Shown here: one piece after another, positions 17,626 to 27,551 of the stretch
Position numbering within the stretch: position 1 is the first letter of the stretch
Layout of the letters: each line of letters begins with the position of its first letter
Origin: an uncultured delta proteobacterium
GTDB lineage: Bacteria > Myxococcota_A > Polyangia > Haliangiales > Haliangiaceae
DNA length: 64,000 nt
Assembly (NCBI GenBank): GCA_963848295.1
Contig: CAWKDB010000010.1
Location: 1,984,001 to 2,048,000 of the forward strand
Direction: 5' to 3'
Translations under genes and position numbers: made by a program
Notes under the pieces: generated by a model
Databases searched by the model: none
Told to the model about the DNA's origin: nothing
Seen by the model: the letters and a program-made list of their open reading frames with translations, nothing else

Positions 17626-19472
17626 TGCGCGCCGCGATGCTCGCGATCGTCTGCGCGTGCGGCTCGTCGACCGCGCTCCCCACCGCGGGCGACCTCACCG
17701 TCACGATCACGTCGCCCTCGCCGGGGGCCGAGCTGCTCGCCAGCGATCAGCCGATGATCCATGTCACCGGCACGGTCACCACGACCGACCCCGCGTACGG
17801 CGTGTTGCTCGCGTGGGTCGACGGTGCCGCGGTCGACCTAGCCAGCGACGGGTCGTTCGCGACCGACATCGCGCCTGCGGTCGGCATCAACCACATCGAG
17901 GTCGACGGCGACGACGGTTTCGGCACGACGGTGAGCCAGCAACTCGATGTGATGTGGGCGCCCGATTATCTGCCGCCGACCGCCGGCACGACCGGGTTCG
18001 TGTTGTCCGACGCGCTCGACTTGTACCTCGGGCAGGATTTCTTCGACGGTCGCCAGCTCGGCACCACGCTCGACCTCGCGACCGATCCGGTGATCGCGCA
18101 CGACCTCGCGTCGTCGCTCGAGCTGATCTTGTGGAACATCGATCTCGCGAGCTTGCTCCAAGGCGGCATCCACGTCGGCAGCGGCGGCTCGGCGCTCGAC
18201 ATCGACATCGCCTCCGCGACGCCTTCGCAGATCATCGTCGACGCGCTCGTCGCCGACACACCCGATGCCGAGATCGATCTCTCGATCGACCTCGACGGCG
18301 TGTTCCTCGGCACGACCGGCAGCTTCACCTACAGCGGCAACACCCTCGTCATCGGCGGCGGCTTGTCGGCCGACATGCACGCGTCGGCGCGCCTCCTGCT
18401 CGGCATGAACCCCGACGGCACGATCGCCGTGACCGTCGCCGACGTCACCGCGACCGTCGGTCCGCTGGTCCCGAGCTTCACCGGCCCCGACGGCAACACG
18501 CTCGACGGCTTCATCGCGATCGGCAACAACGACTTCCAGACGCTGGTCGAAGGCATCATCCAGCAGCAACTGATCCCGACGTTCACGAATCAACTGCCGC
18601 CGCTGCTCGAATCGCTGCTCGGCGCGACGAGCGATCTGCTCGACAACGTCAGCTTCACGCTCGACGCCTCGCTCGGCACGCCGGTCACCGCGACGCTCGA
18701 CGGTCAGGTCAGCTCGCTCGAGGTCGTCGCCGGGCCGGCGGTCGGCGAAGCGCCCGGGCACGTCACGATCCATCAGAGTGTTGCTATCTCGACGACCGGC
18801 ACACCGATCCATCCGGACTCGCGCGGTGCGGCTCGCGTCGCGGCGGCCCCGGTGCTGCCCGCGACCACCGGATCGCTCGACGTGCTGTTGTCGCAAGACT
18901 TCTTGAACGCGCTGCTTCACTCGCTATGGAACTCGGGTCTGCTCGAGGGCTCCGCGACGCTCGGCGGGATCTCGGCCAACGTCAGCGCGAAGCTGCAGCC
19001 GTTCGTCGCGCCGATCCCCGATGCGGTCGCGTGCGATATCGATGGCGTGCGCTGCGACGTGATCCTCGAGCTCGGCCAGCTCGAGGTGGCGCTGCCCGAC
19101 TTCTCGCAGACGTTCGTGATCAACGCGACCGCGGGTGCGCGCGTCGTCGTCGACGGCACCACGATCTCGATCGTGATCGAAGCGACGCCGACGCTCGTCG
19201 TGTGGGAGACGTCGGCGACGCCGGGCCTGCTCACGCCCGCGGCGGTCAGCGACATCGTGACGACCGCGGTGTGGCCCGAGCTGTTCGGTGCGATCGGCGA
19301 CAAGCTCCACCTCACGCTGCCGGTCCCCGATCTCGCCGCGCTCGGGCTCGACGCGCTGTCGCCGAAGCTCGCGAACGCGCAGCTCGAGCTCGACGTCCGC
19401 CAGAGCGCCTCGGTCACCGCCGGCTACATCGGGCTCGGCGCCGACCTCGAGCTCCAGACACCACACCCGTAG
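17625..19472 (+). CDS. Lipoprotein, distant paralog of the upstream gene (Ig-like plus possible BPI/TULIP-like)
   Basis: TGATG overlap; MRAAMLAIVCAC; VTITSPSPGA; FLNALLHSLWNSGLL; LTLPVPDL. Confidence 0.75.
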   Translation: MRAAMLAIVCACGSSTALPTAGDLTVTITSPSPGAELLASDQPMIHVTGTVTTTDPAYGVLLAWVDGAAVDLASDGSFATDIAPAVGINHIEVDGDDGFGTTVSQQLDVMWAPDYLPPTAGTTGFVLSDALDLYLGQDFFDGRQLGTTLDLATDPVIAHDLASSLELILWNIDLASLLQGGIHVGSGGSALDIDIASATPSQIIVDALVADTPDAEIDLSIDLDGVFLGTTGSFTYSGNTLVIGGGLSADMHASARLLLGMNPDGTIAVTVADVTATVGPLVPSFTGPDGNTLDGFIAIGNNDFQTLVEGIIQQQLIPTFTNQLPPLLESLLGATSDLLDNVSFTLDASLGTPVTATLDGQVSSLEVVAGPAVGEAPGHVTIHQSVAISTTGTPIHPDSRGAARVAAAPVLPATTGSLDVLLSQDFLNALLHSLWNSGLLEGSATLGGISANVSAKLQPFVAPIPDAVACDIDGVRCDVILELGQLEVALPDFSQTFVINATAGARVVVDGTTISIVIEATPTLVVWETSATPGLLTPAAVSDIVTTAVWPELFGAIGDKLHLTLPVPDLAALGLDALSPKLANAQLELDVRQSASVTAGYIGLGADLELQTPHP

Positions 19473-19490
19473 CGGGGCTACCATTGCATG

Positions 19491-20501
19491 ATGAGGGTCG
19501 CCGGCGTCGCGCTCATCCTGTGCGCTTGCGGTCGGCTCGAGTTCGTCGACGAACCGAGTCGCGGCGACGCCGGCACAGATGGCGCGCGAACTGTCGACGC
19601 CGCCGACGCCGCGATGGCGCGCAAGACGTTCTGCCTCACGGGTGACCAGATCGACTACGCCTTGGTCTCGCCCGATGGGATCAACTGGACGCAAGAGCCG
19701 CTGCCTTCGACTCAGGCATGGGATGCGATCGGAGCGAGCGACTCCACCTATTGCGTCATCGCGGGCAATACCGATATCGCAGGGCAAGCGACCGCGGCCT
19801 CGGTCGACGGAGTGAGCTGGGCGACCGGAAGCATGCCTGCCGGTGCGCGGTGGAATTCGGTGGCGTGGGACGGCTCGAAGTTCTGCGCCGTGCAGACCGG
19901 CGGGGACAACCTCGCGGCGACGTCGACCGACTGCGTGAATTGGACGTCGCGGACGATGCCATCGTCGAACTACTGGGGCCACGTCGTGTGGAATGGCTCG
20001 CAGTTCGCTGCGATCGGTTTGATCTCGAACGTCGCCGCGACGTCTCCCGACGGCATCGACTGGACCGCGCGCACGCTGCCCTCATCGCAGTACTGGGACG
20101 GCTACCTCGTGTGGAACGGATCGGTGTTTTGCGTGATGGCCGGCTTTGCCACCGACGGCACGACGCCGAGCGCGACGTTCGCAACCTCGCCCGATGGAAT
20201 CACGTGGACCGAAGGCACGATGCCTTCGAGCCAGTTCTGGACCGGGCTGGCGTGGAACGGGTCGACGTTCAGCGCCGTGGCTCAGGCCACGGACGTGGCC
20301 GCAACCTCCCCGGATGGCATCGACTGGACGCTGCAAAAGATGCCGTCCACGCAGGATTGGGCGCTCGACGCTTGGAACGGAACGCTGTTCTTGGCGGTCG
20401 CGAGCGGCACGAACATCGCCGCGACCTCGCCCGACGGGGTCAACTGGACACAGACGACCCTGCCCGCAAGCGCGAACTGGCAGGGACTCGCGGTGAAGTA
20501 G
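19491..20501 (+). CDS. Lipoprotein with about seven Asp-box-like (TSPDGIxWT) repeats, predicted beta-propeller
   Basis: ALILCACGRLEF lipobox; ~40-aa repeats ATSPDGIDWT..MPSSQxW...WNGSxF. Confidence 0.82.
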   Translation: MRVAGVALILCACGRLEFVDEPSRGDAGTDGARTVDAADAAMARKTFCLTGDQIDYALVSPDGINWTQEPLPSTQAWDAIGASDSTYCVIAGNTDIAGQATAASVDGVSWATGSMPAGARWNSVAWDGSKFCAVQTGGDNLAATSTDCVNWTSRTMPSSNYWGHVVWNGSQFAAIGLISNVAATSPDGIDWTARTLPSSQYWDGYLVWNGSVFCVMAGFATDGTTPSATFATSPDGITWTEGTMPSSQFWTGLAWNGSTFSAVAQATDVAATSPDGIDWTLQKMPSTQDWALDAWNGTLFLAVASGTNIAATSPDGVNWTQTTLPASANWQGLAVK

Positions 20502-20587
20502 GCCGCTCGCCGGCAATGGGGCCGCGTGCGCTGCGTCCTGTAGCCTGATCGTACGAATAGGTGGCCGTCGGAGATCGTTATTGCGTG

Positions 20588-21424
20588 ATGCGGTTGCCAG
20601 CGCTGATCGCGTTGCTGCTCACGGGTGGTGTGGCTCGCGCCGATGGTGTCGCGGCCGATCCGATCCATCGGTTCGCGGCGAAGTTCCCGAAGCTTCAAGC
20701 CACGCTCGCCGCACGCAAGCTCGATGCGATCCTGAGCGCGCCCGCACCGTGTGACGCAGATGACGGCACGCCCTCGAAAGCGCCCGCGATCGACGACAAC
20801 ACCGCGGCCTCGACATCGCCCGATGGCAAGACGCTGGTCGTGATCGCGACGCTCGACCTCGACCGCGCCAAAGCGACCGCGCTCGGCATCCCTTGGCGCG
20901 CCGAAGATCCCGACGGCCCGGTCGTCGCGCTCGTGTTCGATGGTCCGAGCGGAGCCATATGGGGCAGCAGGCTGATGAGCTTCTACGCGTGCAACCCGAA
21001 TCATCACACGTTCGACTGGACCGCGAATTCGCATCGCGTCCATGTCTCGGTCGACACCGGCCATGGCGAACGCGTCGCGCTGATCGACCCGACCGGGCCG
21101 ACCCATGGCGTGAAGTTCGTGGGGTTCGTCGGCCTCGATCTCGAATCGCCCGCGATGCAGCACATCGCGTGGATGCCGTGGTCGAGCGGGTGGCCGGCCG
21201 GAGCGCCAGAAGCCGAAGGCGATGAGCTGTGGGTCGACAATCACAAGCTCTGGGGCTCGGCCGATGACGGCGTGAAGATCTGGGGCGTCGCGTGGACGTC
21301 GGAGACCGTGCTGACGTTCTGCGGCCAGGACCCCAAGTCCAAGGCGAGCAGTTACACCGCGACCGTGCGCGGGAAGTCGGTCGTCGTGAAACGCACGGCC
21401 GCGCCCTGCGAGCCCGACGAATAG
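20588..21424 (+). CDS. Secreted hypothetical protein
   Basis: Signal peptide MRLPALIALLLTGGVARA; normal amino-acid composition. Confidence 0.68.
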   Translation: MRLPALIALLLTGGVARADGVAADPIHRFAAKFPKLQATLAARKLDAILSAPAPCDADDGTPSKAPAIDDNTAASTSPDGKTLVVIATLDLDRAKATALGIPWRAEDPDGPVVALVFDGPSGAIWGSRLMSFYACNPNHHTFDWTANSHRVHVSVDTGHGERVALIDPTGPTHGVKFVGFVGLDLESPAMQHIAWMPWSSGWPAGAPEAEGDELWVDNHKLWGSADDGVKIWGVAWTSETVLTFCGQDPKSKASSYTATVRGKSVVVKRTAAPCEPDE

Positions 21425-21428
21425 GCAA

Positions 21429-22601
21429 CTACAGCCAGCCGAACGTGTGTTGGTAGCTGCCGATGACCTCGACGTCGCCGCTCGCATCCTTGATCACGAG
21501 TGACAAGTTGCCGTCTTGCGACGCGATGATCGCGGCGGCCTCGTGGGGATGGCGCATGCAGAACAGCACGCCCGCGGGATGGCGCGTGCCCTTGAACGTC
21601 GACAAGTCGTCGATGTGAACGTCTTCGCTGTACGGGTTCACGTGGCGAAAGCTGGTCGTCGGCGCCGCGCCCTCGATGACCTGGACACCAAAGCCGCGCA
21701 CCGTGAGGTTCGTGTCGAGCAGGAGCGCGTTGTCGATCGCGGTCAGGCGCGCCACGAGCTCGATCGCTTCGGCGAACGCGATCTGCGCTTCATCGCGAAC
21801 CAACGCTCGACCGTCGGCGCCGCGCGGGCGCGAGCCGACCAGCCTCGGCAGGCGGTCGTCGACATGGACATCGCGGATCACCCGCGCGTACCGCTCGACG
21901 AGCACGTCGGCCCCGTCGCCAACCGGGTAGTGCGCCCGCACGCCGACCGGCGTGTCGACCGCCGCGGGAATCAACAAGATCATTCCGCCGTGGCCGTGTG
22001 CGAGCACGCGCGCCGCGATTCGCGTGACGACCGCGGCGCGAAGATCGACACCGATCGTCGGGTGCGCATCTGCGGCCCACTCGGCAAACGTGCGAGTCAG
22101 CTCGCGCGCCGGGGACTTCACGCGATGTGCACCGCCGAGCAGATGGATCTCGCCGCGCGAGTAGAGCGCGCGCGTCACGCCGGCATACTCGACGCGCAAC
22201 ACGCCCGCGCCGAGCGCGCGAAGGGTGAGCGGCTGATGCGCGGCAAGACTGCGCTCGATCAACGCCCACGCGACGAGCTCGTCGCCATCAGCACGCACCG
22301 CGATCGAGGTCGCGTCGCCTCGCGTTGCGGGTGCGAGCTTCGCGAGGTTCTTCGGCGTGACGCGCACGGCGGACGCGAGCTCCACCACCGCGGCGCAATC
22401 TCGAGCTTTCGGCTCCCAGGCGACGCCGAACTCGACCCGGCGTGCTTCCTCGGCGTGCAGGCTCGCGAAGAACGTCGCGTCGATCAGCGCGACGAGCTGC
22501 GCGTCACTCGGCAGCGGCGAGCCGGGCTCGGCGAGCTCGGCGAGGTGACTCGCGAGCTGCGCCGCAAACTCGTTCGACGATCGTAAGAGCTCTGCATCCA
22601 C
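21429..22601 (-). CDS. DACNV-sensor / DisA_N (diadenylate-cyclase-like) domain protein with atypical catalytic motifs
   Basis: N-terminal IDATFFASLHAEE..LAKLAPA; HGHGGMILLIP; LTAIDNALLLD; RGFG; GTRH; IIASQDG. Confidence 0.78.
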   Translation of the reverse strand: MDAELLRSSNEFAAQLASHLAELAEPGSPLPSDAQLVALIDATFFASLHAEEARRVEFGVAWEPKARDCAAVVELASAVRVTPKNLAKLAPATRGDATSIAVRADGDELVAWALIERSLAAHQPLTLRALGAGVLRVEYAGVTRALYSRGEIHLLGGAHRVKSPARELTRTFAEWAADAHPTIGVDLRAAVVTRIAARVLAHGHGGMILLIPAAVDTPVGVRAHYPVGDGADVLVERYARVIRDVHVDDRLPRLVGSRPRGADGRALVRDEAQIAFAEAIELVARLTAIDNALLLDTNLTVRGFGVQVIEGAAPTTSFRHVNPYSEDVHIDDLSTFKGTRHPAGVLFCMRHPHEAAAIIASQDGNLSLVIKDASGDVEVIGSYQHTFGWL

Positions 22602-22619
22602 GGCGCCAGGATAGCAGCG

Positions 22620-23075
22620 TCACTTCGCGCCCGCGGCCGACTTGAGCGCCGATACGCCGCGAGTCTCGAACAGGTTCGCGACGACGCCCTCGATGCAATC
22701 GGCGAGCGCGATGTCGTCGATGCCTTCGACCGTCGCATCGCCACTCAACACGGCCACCATCGCCTGGCTCGGCAGCGCGATGATCGCGACGCCGACGCCG
22801 CACACCAAGCCGTCGGTCTGCTCGACCCTCTTGAGGCTGACGTGGACCTCGTACGCGGCGTTACCCGCGGCCGCCGACAGCACGCCGAGGTGATGCTCGG
22901 ACGACGTCTTGACCATCGCCTCGCGACCGCCGCTCGTCGAGTCTTCATACGACAGCGTCACACCGTGCGGAACGACGGCGGGTGCGACTGGCGGCTGCGC
23001 CGGGGCCGGCTTCGTCGGCGCACCGCACGCCGCGCCGAGGAGAGCGAGCGCCGAGCTGACACGAAGCGAGCCCAT
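22620..23075 (-). CDS. Hypothetical lipoprotein
   Basis: ALALLGAAC lipobox followed by a Pro-rich linker; start uncertain. Confidence 0.55.
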   Translation of the reverse strand: MGSLRVSSALALLGAACGAPTKPAPAQPPVAPAVVPHGVTLSYEDSTSGGREAMVKTSSEHHLGVLSAAAGNAAYEVHVSLKRVEQTDGLVCGVGVAIIALPSQAMVAVLSGDATVEGIDDIALADCIEGVVANLFETRGVSALKSAAGAK

Positions 23076-23113
23076 CCGCTTTGTTCGTACACCATTCCCG
23101 GTACGCTCGCGCC

Positions 23114-23926
23114 ATGAACTGGCCATCTCCGTTCACCAGCCATCGTTCGGTGCAAGTCGGCGCGGTCGAGACCCATGTCGCAGCGTGCGGCGACGGCCCG
23201 CCGGTGCTGTTCCTGCACGGCAATCCCGACACCCACTCGGTGTGGAGCTCCACCGTCGCGCTCTTGACCGGTTATCGCTGCCTCGCGCCCGACCTCCCGG
23301 GATTCGGCGCGTCGCGTGCGCCGGCAGACTTCGACATGTCGCTCGAGAACCAAGGCGACTTCGTGCGCGGTCTCGCGGCCGCACTCGAGCTCGATCGCTT
23401 CCACCTCGTCGTGCACGATATCGGCGGCGCGTTCGGGCTCGCGTTCGCGGCGCAGCATCCCGAGCGGGTGCTCTCGCTGACGATGTTCAACACCGGCTTC
23501 TTCCCGGACTTGCGCTGGCACTTCTGGGCGCGGGTGTGGCGGACGCGCGTGCTCGGCGAGATCTCATTGGCGCTGATGAACCGACCGTTGTTCGCGCGCG
23601 AGCTGAAGCGCGGATCGCCCGGCATGCCGCCGGAGTACGCCGCCCACGCGTACGGCGAGCTCACGCCTGCGATGAAGAAGATCACGCTGCGCTGGTATCG
23701 CGCGATGGATCCGGACGTGTGGACCGGCTGGGACACGCGGTTCCTCGCGGCGACCGAAACCGTTCCAAAGCTGACGCTGTGGGGCGACCTCGATCCGTTC
23801 TTGCCGTCGAGCTTCGCCGACCGGTTCGGCGGCGAGGCGAAACATGTCGCGGATTGCGGCCATTGGCTCATGGTGGAACAGCCAGGGCTCGCGGCGACCG
23901 CGATGCGCGCGTTGTTCGAGCGCTAG
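23114..23926 (+). CDS. Alpha/beta hydrolase (epoxide hydrolase/haloalkane dehalogenase-like)
   Basis: LFLHGNPD, APDLPGFG, VVHDIGG, WGDLDP, CGHW. Confidence 0.92.
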   Translation: MNWPSPFTSHRSVQVGAVETHVAACGDGPPVLFLHGNPDTHSVWSSTVALLTGYRCLAPDLPGFGASRAPADFDMSLENQGDFVRGLAAALELDRFHLVVHDIGGAFGLAFAAQHPERVLSLTMFNTGFFPDLRWHFWARVWRTRVLGEISLALMNRPLFARELKRGSPGMPPEYAAHAYGELTPAMKKITLRWYRAMDPDVWTGWDTRFLAATETVPKLTLWGDLDPFLPSSFADRFGGEAKHVADCGHWLMVEQPGLAATAMRALFER

Positions 23927-23982
23927 AGGAATTGAGCGCCGCCACGGCAGATCGTTGCGCCCGTCCGTGCGTAGATAGAGGG

Positions 23983-24702
23983 ATGAACGCTGGTTGGCGC
24001 AGTCTCGGTGTCGCGTGTGCGCTCGTCGCCTGTCAGCAGGCCAAGTCGACGACCGGACCGACGGTCCCTGCCGCGGGCCTCGGTGAAGTCGGTCACGAAC
24101 GCGGCGATTGCAGACCGGACAAGACCTGCGAACCGAATCTGCTGTGCCTGTCGAACCTGTGCGTGCGACCGCCCCCGGCCGACTGCGCCCCGATCGCCGA
24201 ACAGCTGGCTTCGTTCGAGCTCGGCAACTATGCGGAGCCGGAAGCGCGCGCGCCTGTCGTCGCGAAGTACAAGACGCAATGCGAGACCTCGATGGTCAGC
24301 AAGGAAGAAGGCACGTGCATGGCCCAAGCACACGACAAGTGGGCCGCGGCGCAATGCGTGCCTCGGATGTTCCCGGATCTCGCATCGACGAGCGACACCG
24401 GCCAGTGCGACGCGATCTCGCAAAAGATCTCGGCCGCGCTCGACAAGCAAACGAACTACGGCAACAACCCGCAGATGAAGGGCTGGCTCGACACCACGAT
24501 CCGCGTGGTCAAGGAATCGTGCCTGCAAGACCACTGGCCCGATGCGCTCAAGCACTGCGTGTTGGCGACGAACATGCCGCAGAACCCGATGGCATTTCAG
24601 GGCTGCGAAAAAGACATGCCGCCCGAGCTGACCCAAAAGGTCCAACAGCGGATGACCGAGGCGATGCAGGCCTGGTCCGCTCACCAAAACGGTGGCGGCT
24701 AA
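23983..24702 (+). CDS. Cys-rich lipoprotein
   Basis: ACALVAC lipobox; CRPDKTCEPNLLCLSNLC; CLQDHWPDALKHC myxobacterial-type motif. Confidence 0.78.
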   Translation: MNAGWRSLGVACALVACQQAKSTTGPTVPAAGLGEVGHERGDCRPDKTCEPNLLCLSNLCVRPPPADCAPIAEQLASFELGNYAEPEARAPVVAKYKTQCETSMVSKEEGTCMAQAHDKWAAAQCVPRMFPDLASTSDTGQCDAISQKISAALDKQTNYGNNPQMKGWLDTTIRVVKESCLQDHWPDALKHCVLATNMPQNPMAFQGCEKDMPPELTQKVQQRMTEAMQAWSAHQNGGG

Positions 24703-26459
24703 GGAATCACGACGACGGAGTTGATCTTTCCGACGTTGCCCCCGGCGGGGTACGCGTACGACGAGAACGCCGCGAGCCCCCACACCATGATGTTGAACGC
24801 GCCCGCACTCGAAGCGGTGTGGCGACCGTTCGTACAGGTGCCGACCGGCGTCAACCGCTCGAGATCGACGTTCGTGACCTCGTACTGCGTACCGTCACCA
24901 ACCGGCGTCCAGCCGCTGATCGTGCCGAGGCAATCGACCATGACATCTTGAAAGCCAGCAGTGCCCGCTTTGCGCACGAGCACGAGGTTCGTCGTGGTGT
25001 AGGTCGGATCGGTGAAGAACACGTAGCTCGACAGCCACTGCGCCGGCGGCAAGATGTTGACGTACTCCTCGTCGCCGAGGCACGTGCCCTCGTTGGGGTC
25101 GTTCGCGCCCGGGCGACTGCCGCTCGTGGTGAAGCAGCCGGTCATGTATTGGCCGACGTAGAACGGGTGCATCGCGTCTTGGCTCGTGACGATGAACGGC
25201 ACGGTCGATTGGAACTCGGCCACCTCGCCGACGTCGAGCGCGGTCGGTGCACCTGCCACGGCCGGCGAATAGGTCAGCGTCGTCCCCGCGGTGGTGCCGA
25301 CGACGCGATAGATGATCGACTCGGGCATCAGATCGGCGCGCCGGGTCGCGTACGGCGGCGCGACATATTCCGAGCCGAGCGCCGAGACCGGTGGGATCTC
25401 CTGGTGCGCGGAGTCGCAACCGCCGCCGGTCGAGGTCGTCGACGACAGGCAGAGCTCGCCCGAGCCGCCGGTGAACGACACCGGGTTGTTAGAGCTGATG
25501 ATGCTGCCGGCCATGTCGCCGGAGTCCTGCCACTGGATGTACTGCCCGGCGTCCAGCGTGTACGAGGTCGTCGTGCTCGCCGGTGCCGCTACGACGCCCG
25601 TGCCGGCCGGCAACGCCGACGTCGGCTTGATCTGCACGGTGGTGCCGTCGGTCGCCGCCACGATCTGACCCCAGCCCGGACCGCCGGTCGGCTTGGGGCC
25701 CGCCGCGACGTAGTTCGTGCCCCACGCGGTCGTCGGCAACAGCAGCTCGGCGCTCGGCAAGTACGAGGTCGCGCCGCCGTACGGCAAGATGTCGTACGCG
25801 CTGACCGGAAAGCTGGTCGTGACGTGGAACGACGTGCCGATTCCGGTCGAGCTCGCGGTTCCGCTCCACACCGCCGACCCGGTCGAGGCCGACACCGCCG
25901 GCGTGATCGGACAGGTGATCATCGTGCCGTTGTTGATCGAATTCGGGTCGGACGACAGGAACACGACGCCGACGCTCGAGCTCGCGATCCCGGTCGAGGA
26001 GATCGCCGGCCAGTTCGCCACCGTCGCGGTGCCGTCGGGAACCCGGCCGAACATCGTCGGGTCGTAGCTCGTGCCGCCGCGCGAGATCGTGATCGTGGTG
26101 TTCTCGGGCCAGTTGTTCGCGAGGAACATCGCGAAGCACGGCGGGCGGTCGGTGTCGTAGAACGACGGCGTCGCGACGACGAAGTCGCAGCCGACCGAGC
26201 CTTGGCTCGCCGCGGCGGCCTGACACGCGGGCACGCACACCCCGGCGGCGCAACCTTGGTCGTCGGGACATGTCGCGATGACGTTGCCGTTACCGTCGAG
26301 CACGTTGTGCAGATCCGAGCTGCACGACGCGCCCGCGATCGGCCCGTCGCCGTTGCCAGGACCGCCGTCACCGCTGCCGTTACCACCGCGGCGGGTCGGC
26401 CCACACGCGACCGCGAGAGTGGCGAGCGAGGCGAGCGCGATCGTTGTCAGGGGCTGCAC
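24699..26459 (-). CDS. IgGFc-binding domain lipoprotein
   Basis: Lipobox LAVAC; SVGCDF, AELLLPTTAWGTNY, HQEIPPVSALGSEY, PPAQWLSSYVF, SYAYPAG. Confidence 0.88.
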   Translation of the reverse strand: MQPLTTIALASLATLAVACGPTRRGGNGSGDGGPGNGDGPIAGASCSSDLHNVLDGNGNVIATCPDDQGCAAGVCVPACQAAAASQGSVGCDFVVATPSFYDTDRPPCFAMFLANNWPENTTITISRGGTSYDPTMFGRVPDGTATVANWPAISSTGIASSSVGVVFLSSDPNSINNGTMITCPITPAVSASTGSAVWSGTASSTGIGTSFHVTTSFPVSAYDILPYGGATSYLPSAELLLPTTAWGTNYVAAGPKPTGGPGWGQIVAATDGTTVQIKPTSALPAGTGVVAAPASTTTSYTLDAGQYIQWQDSGDMAGSIISSNNPVSFTGGSGELCLSSTTSTGGGCDSAHQEIPPVSALGSEYVAPPYATRRADLMPESIIYRVVGTTAGTTLTYSPAVAGAPTALDVGEVAEFQSTVPFIVTSQDAMHPFYVGQYMTGCFTTSGSRPGANDPNEGTCLGDEEYVNILPPAQWLSSYVFFTDPTYTTTNLVLVRKAGTAGFQDVMVDCLGTISGWTPVGDGTQYEVTNVDLERLTPVGTCTNGRHTASSAGAFNIMVWGLAAFSSYAYPAGGNVGKINSVVVIP

Positions 26460-26573
26460 CCGGCGACGATAACGCTCCTTGCGAGGACTCCGTGAACTAT
26501 CTCGTGACAATGAGCGCGCTAGCGCGCGTGGTCGAGGTGCTCGAGCAAGAACCGCGAGATCGCGGACGGCTGC

Positions 26574-27461
26574 CTAGCGCCCGCCGCTCTGGCCGCACAG
26601 CCCGCCGAACTCGCTCGACGGCTGGCAGGTGTCGCCGCCGGTGCAGTCGGCGTCGGTCGTGCACTCGTTCGACGCGTGGCAATAGCCGTCGGCCGCGCAG
26701 CCGCCGCCGTCGACACAATCGCCGCCGTTGACGCACGGTAGCCGGCACGCATCGCCGACCTGGACGCAGACCGGATCGGCGTTCGGCACGCACACGAGGT
26801 AGCCGTCGTTCTCCCAACCGGCCGGCGTGCCGCACGTGTTGTTCGGGTCACAGTCGGCCGTCGTCGCGCACTCGTCGGAGTCGTGGCAGAACCCGGCGAC
26901 GCAGTTATTGCCGGTCCCGCAGTCATCCGACGTCGTGCACTCGTCGCGGCATTCGCCGCCGCCGGTGCTCCTGCAGTACGGGTTCGGGCCGCCGCGATCT
27001 TCGGTGCAGAAGCCTTGCATGCTCTCGCCGGGTGCCGCGCAGATCTGATCTCCCGGGCAGACGCCGGCGAGCGTGCCGTCGGCTTGCACGGTGAGCGTGC
27101 AGCTACCATCGACGTGACAGATCAGATCGGAGCCGCAGCCTTCGTCGAGCGGACAGTCCTTGCCGGTGGTACAGCTCCACGCGGGCAGCGGCGCGGGAGG
27201 CTGGCCGGCGGCGGTGCACAGGCCGCCGAAGTCCGGATCGGCGATGCACGTCGTGCCGCTCGCGCAGTCGGCGTCCGAGCTGCATTCGTTATCGGCGTGG
27301 CATGCGTTCGCGACGCAACTGCCTCCACGGGCGGAGCAATCGGCGGTCGTGGAACACTCGATCTGAGCAGTCGGCTCGAGGTGCTCGGGTTTGGTGGCAC
27401 AGCCGGCCAGCAAGGCCATCGTGAAAACGGCCTTGAGAACGTTACGGATTTCGGTAGTCAT
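26574..27461 (-). CDS. Cys-rich repeat lipoprotein (ECxxxxDC repeats)
   Basis: ALLAGC lipobox; repeated CSTTADC / CSSDADC / CTTSDDC / CTTDADC. Confidence 0.8.
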   Translation of the reverse strand: MTTEIRNVLKAVFTMALLAGCATKPEHLEPTAQIECSTTADCSARGGSCVANACHADNECSSDADCASGTTCIADPDFGGLCTAAGQPPAPLPAWSCTTGKDCPLDEGCGSDLICHVDGSCTLTVQADGTLAGVCPGDQICAAPGESMQGFCTEDRGGPNPYCRSTGGGECRDECTTSDDCGTGNNCVAGFCHDSDECATTADCDPNNTCGTPAGWENDGYLVCVPNADPVCVQVGDACRLPCVNGGDCVDGGGCAADGYCHASNECTTDADCTGGDTCQPSSEFGGLCGQSGGR

Positions 27462-27551
27462 CAGTCCCTCCATGCCCGGCTTAGTGCTTCGCTTCGCGCT
27501 CGATCGAAAAAGTTTTTCGATTCGCGATCGAGTGCGCATCAAAGGCTCTGC

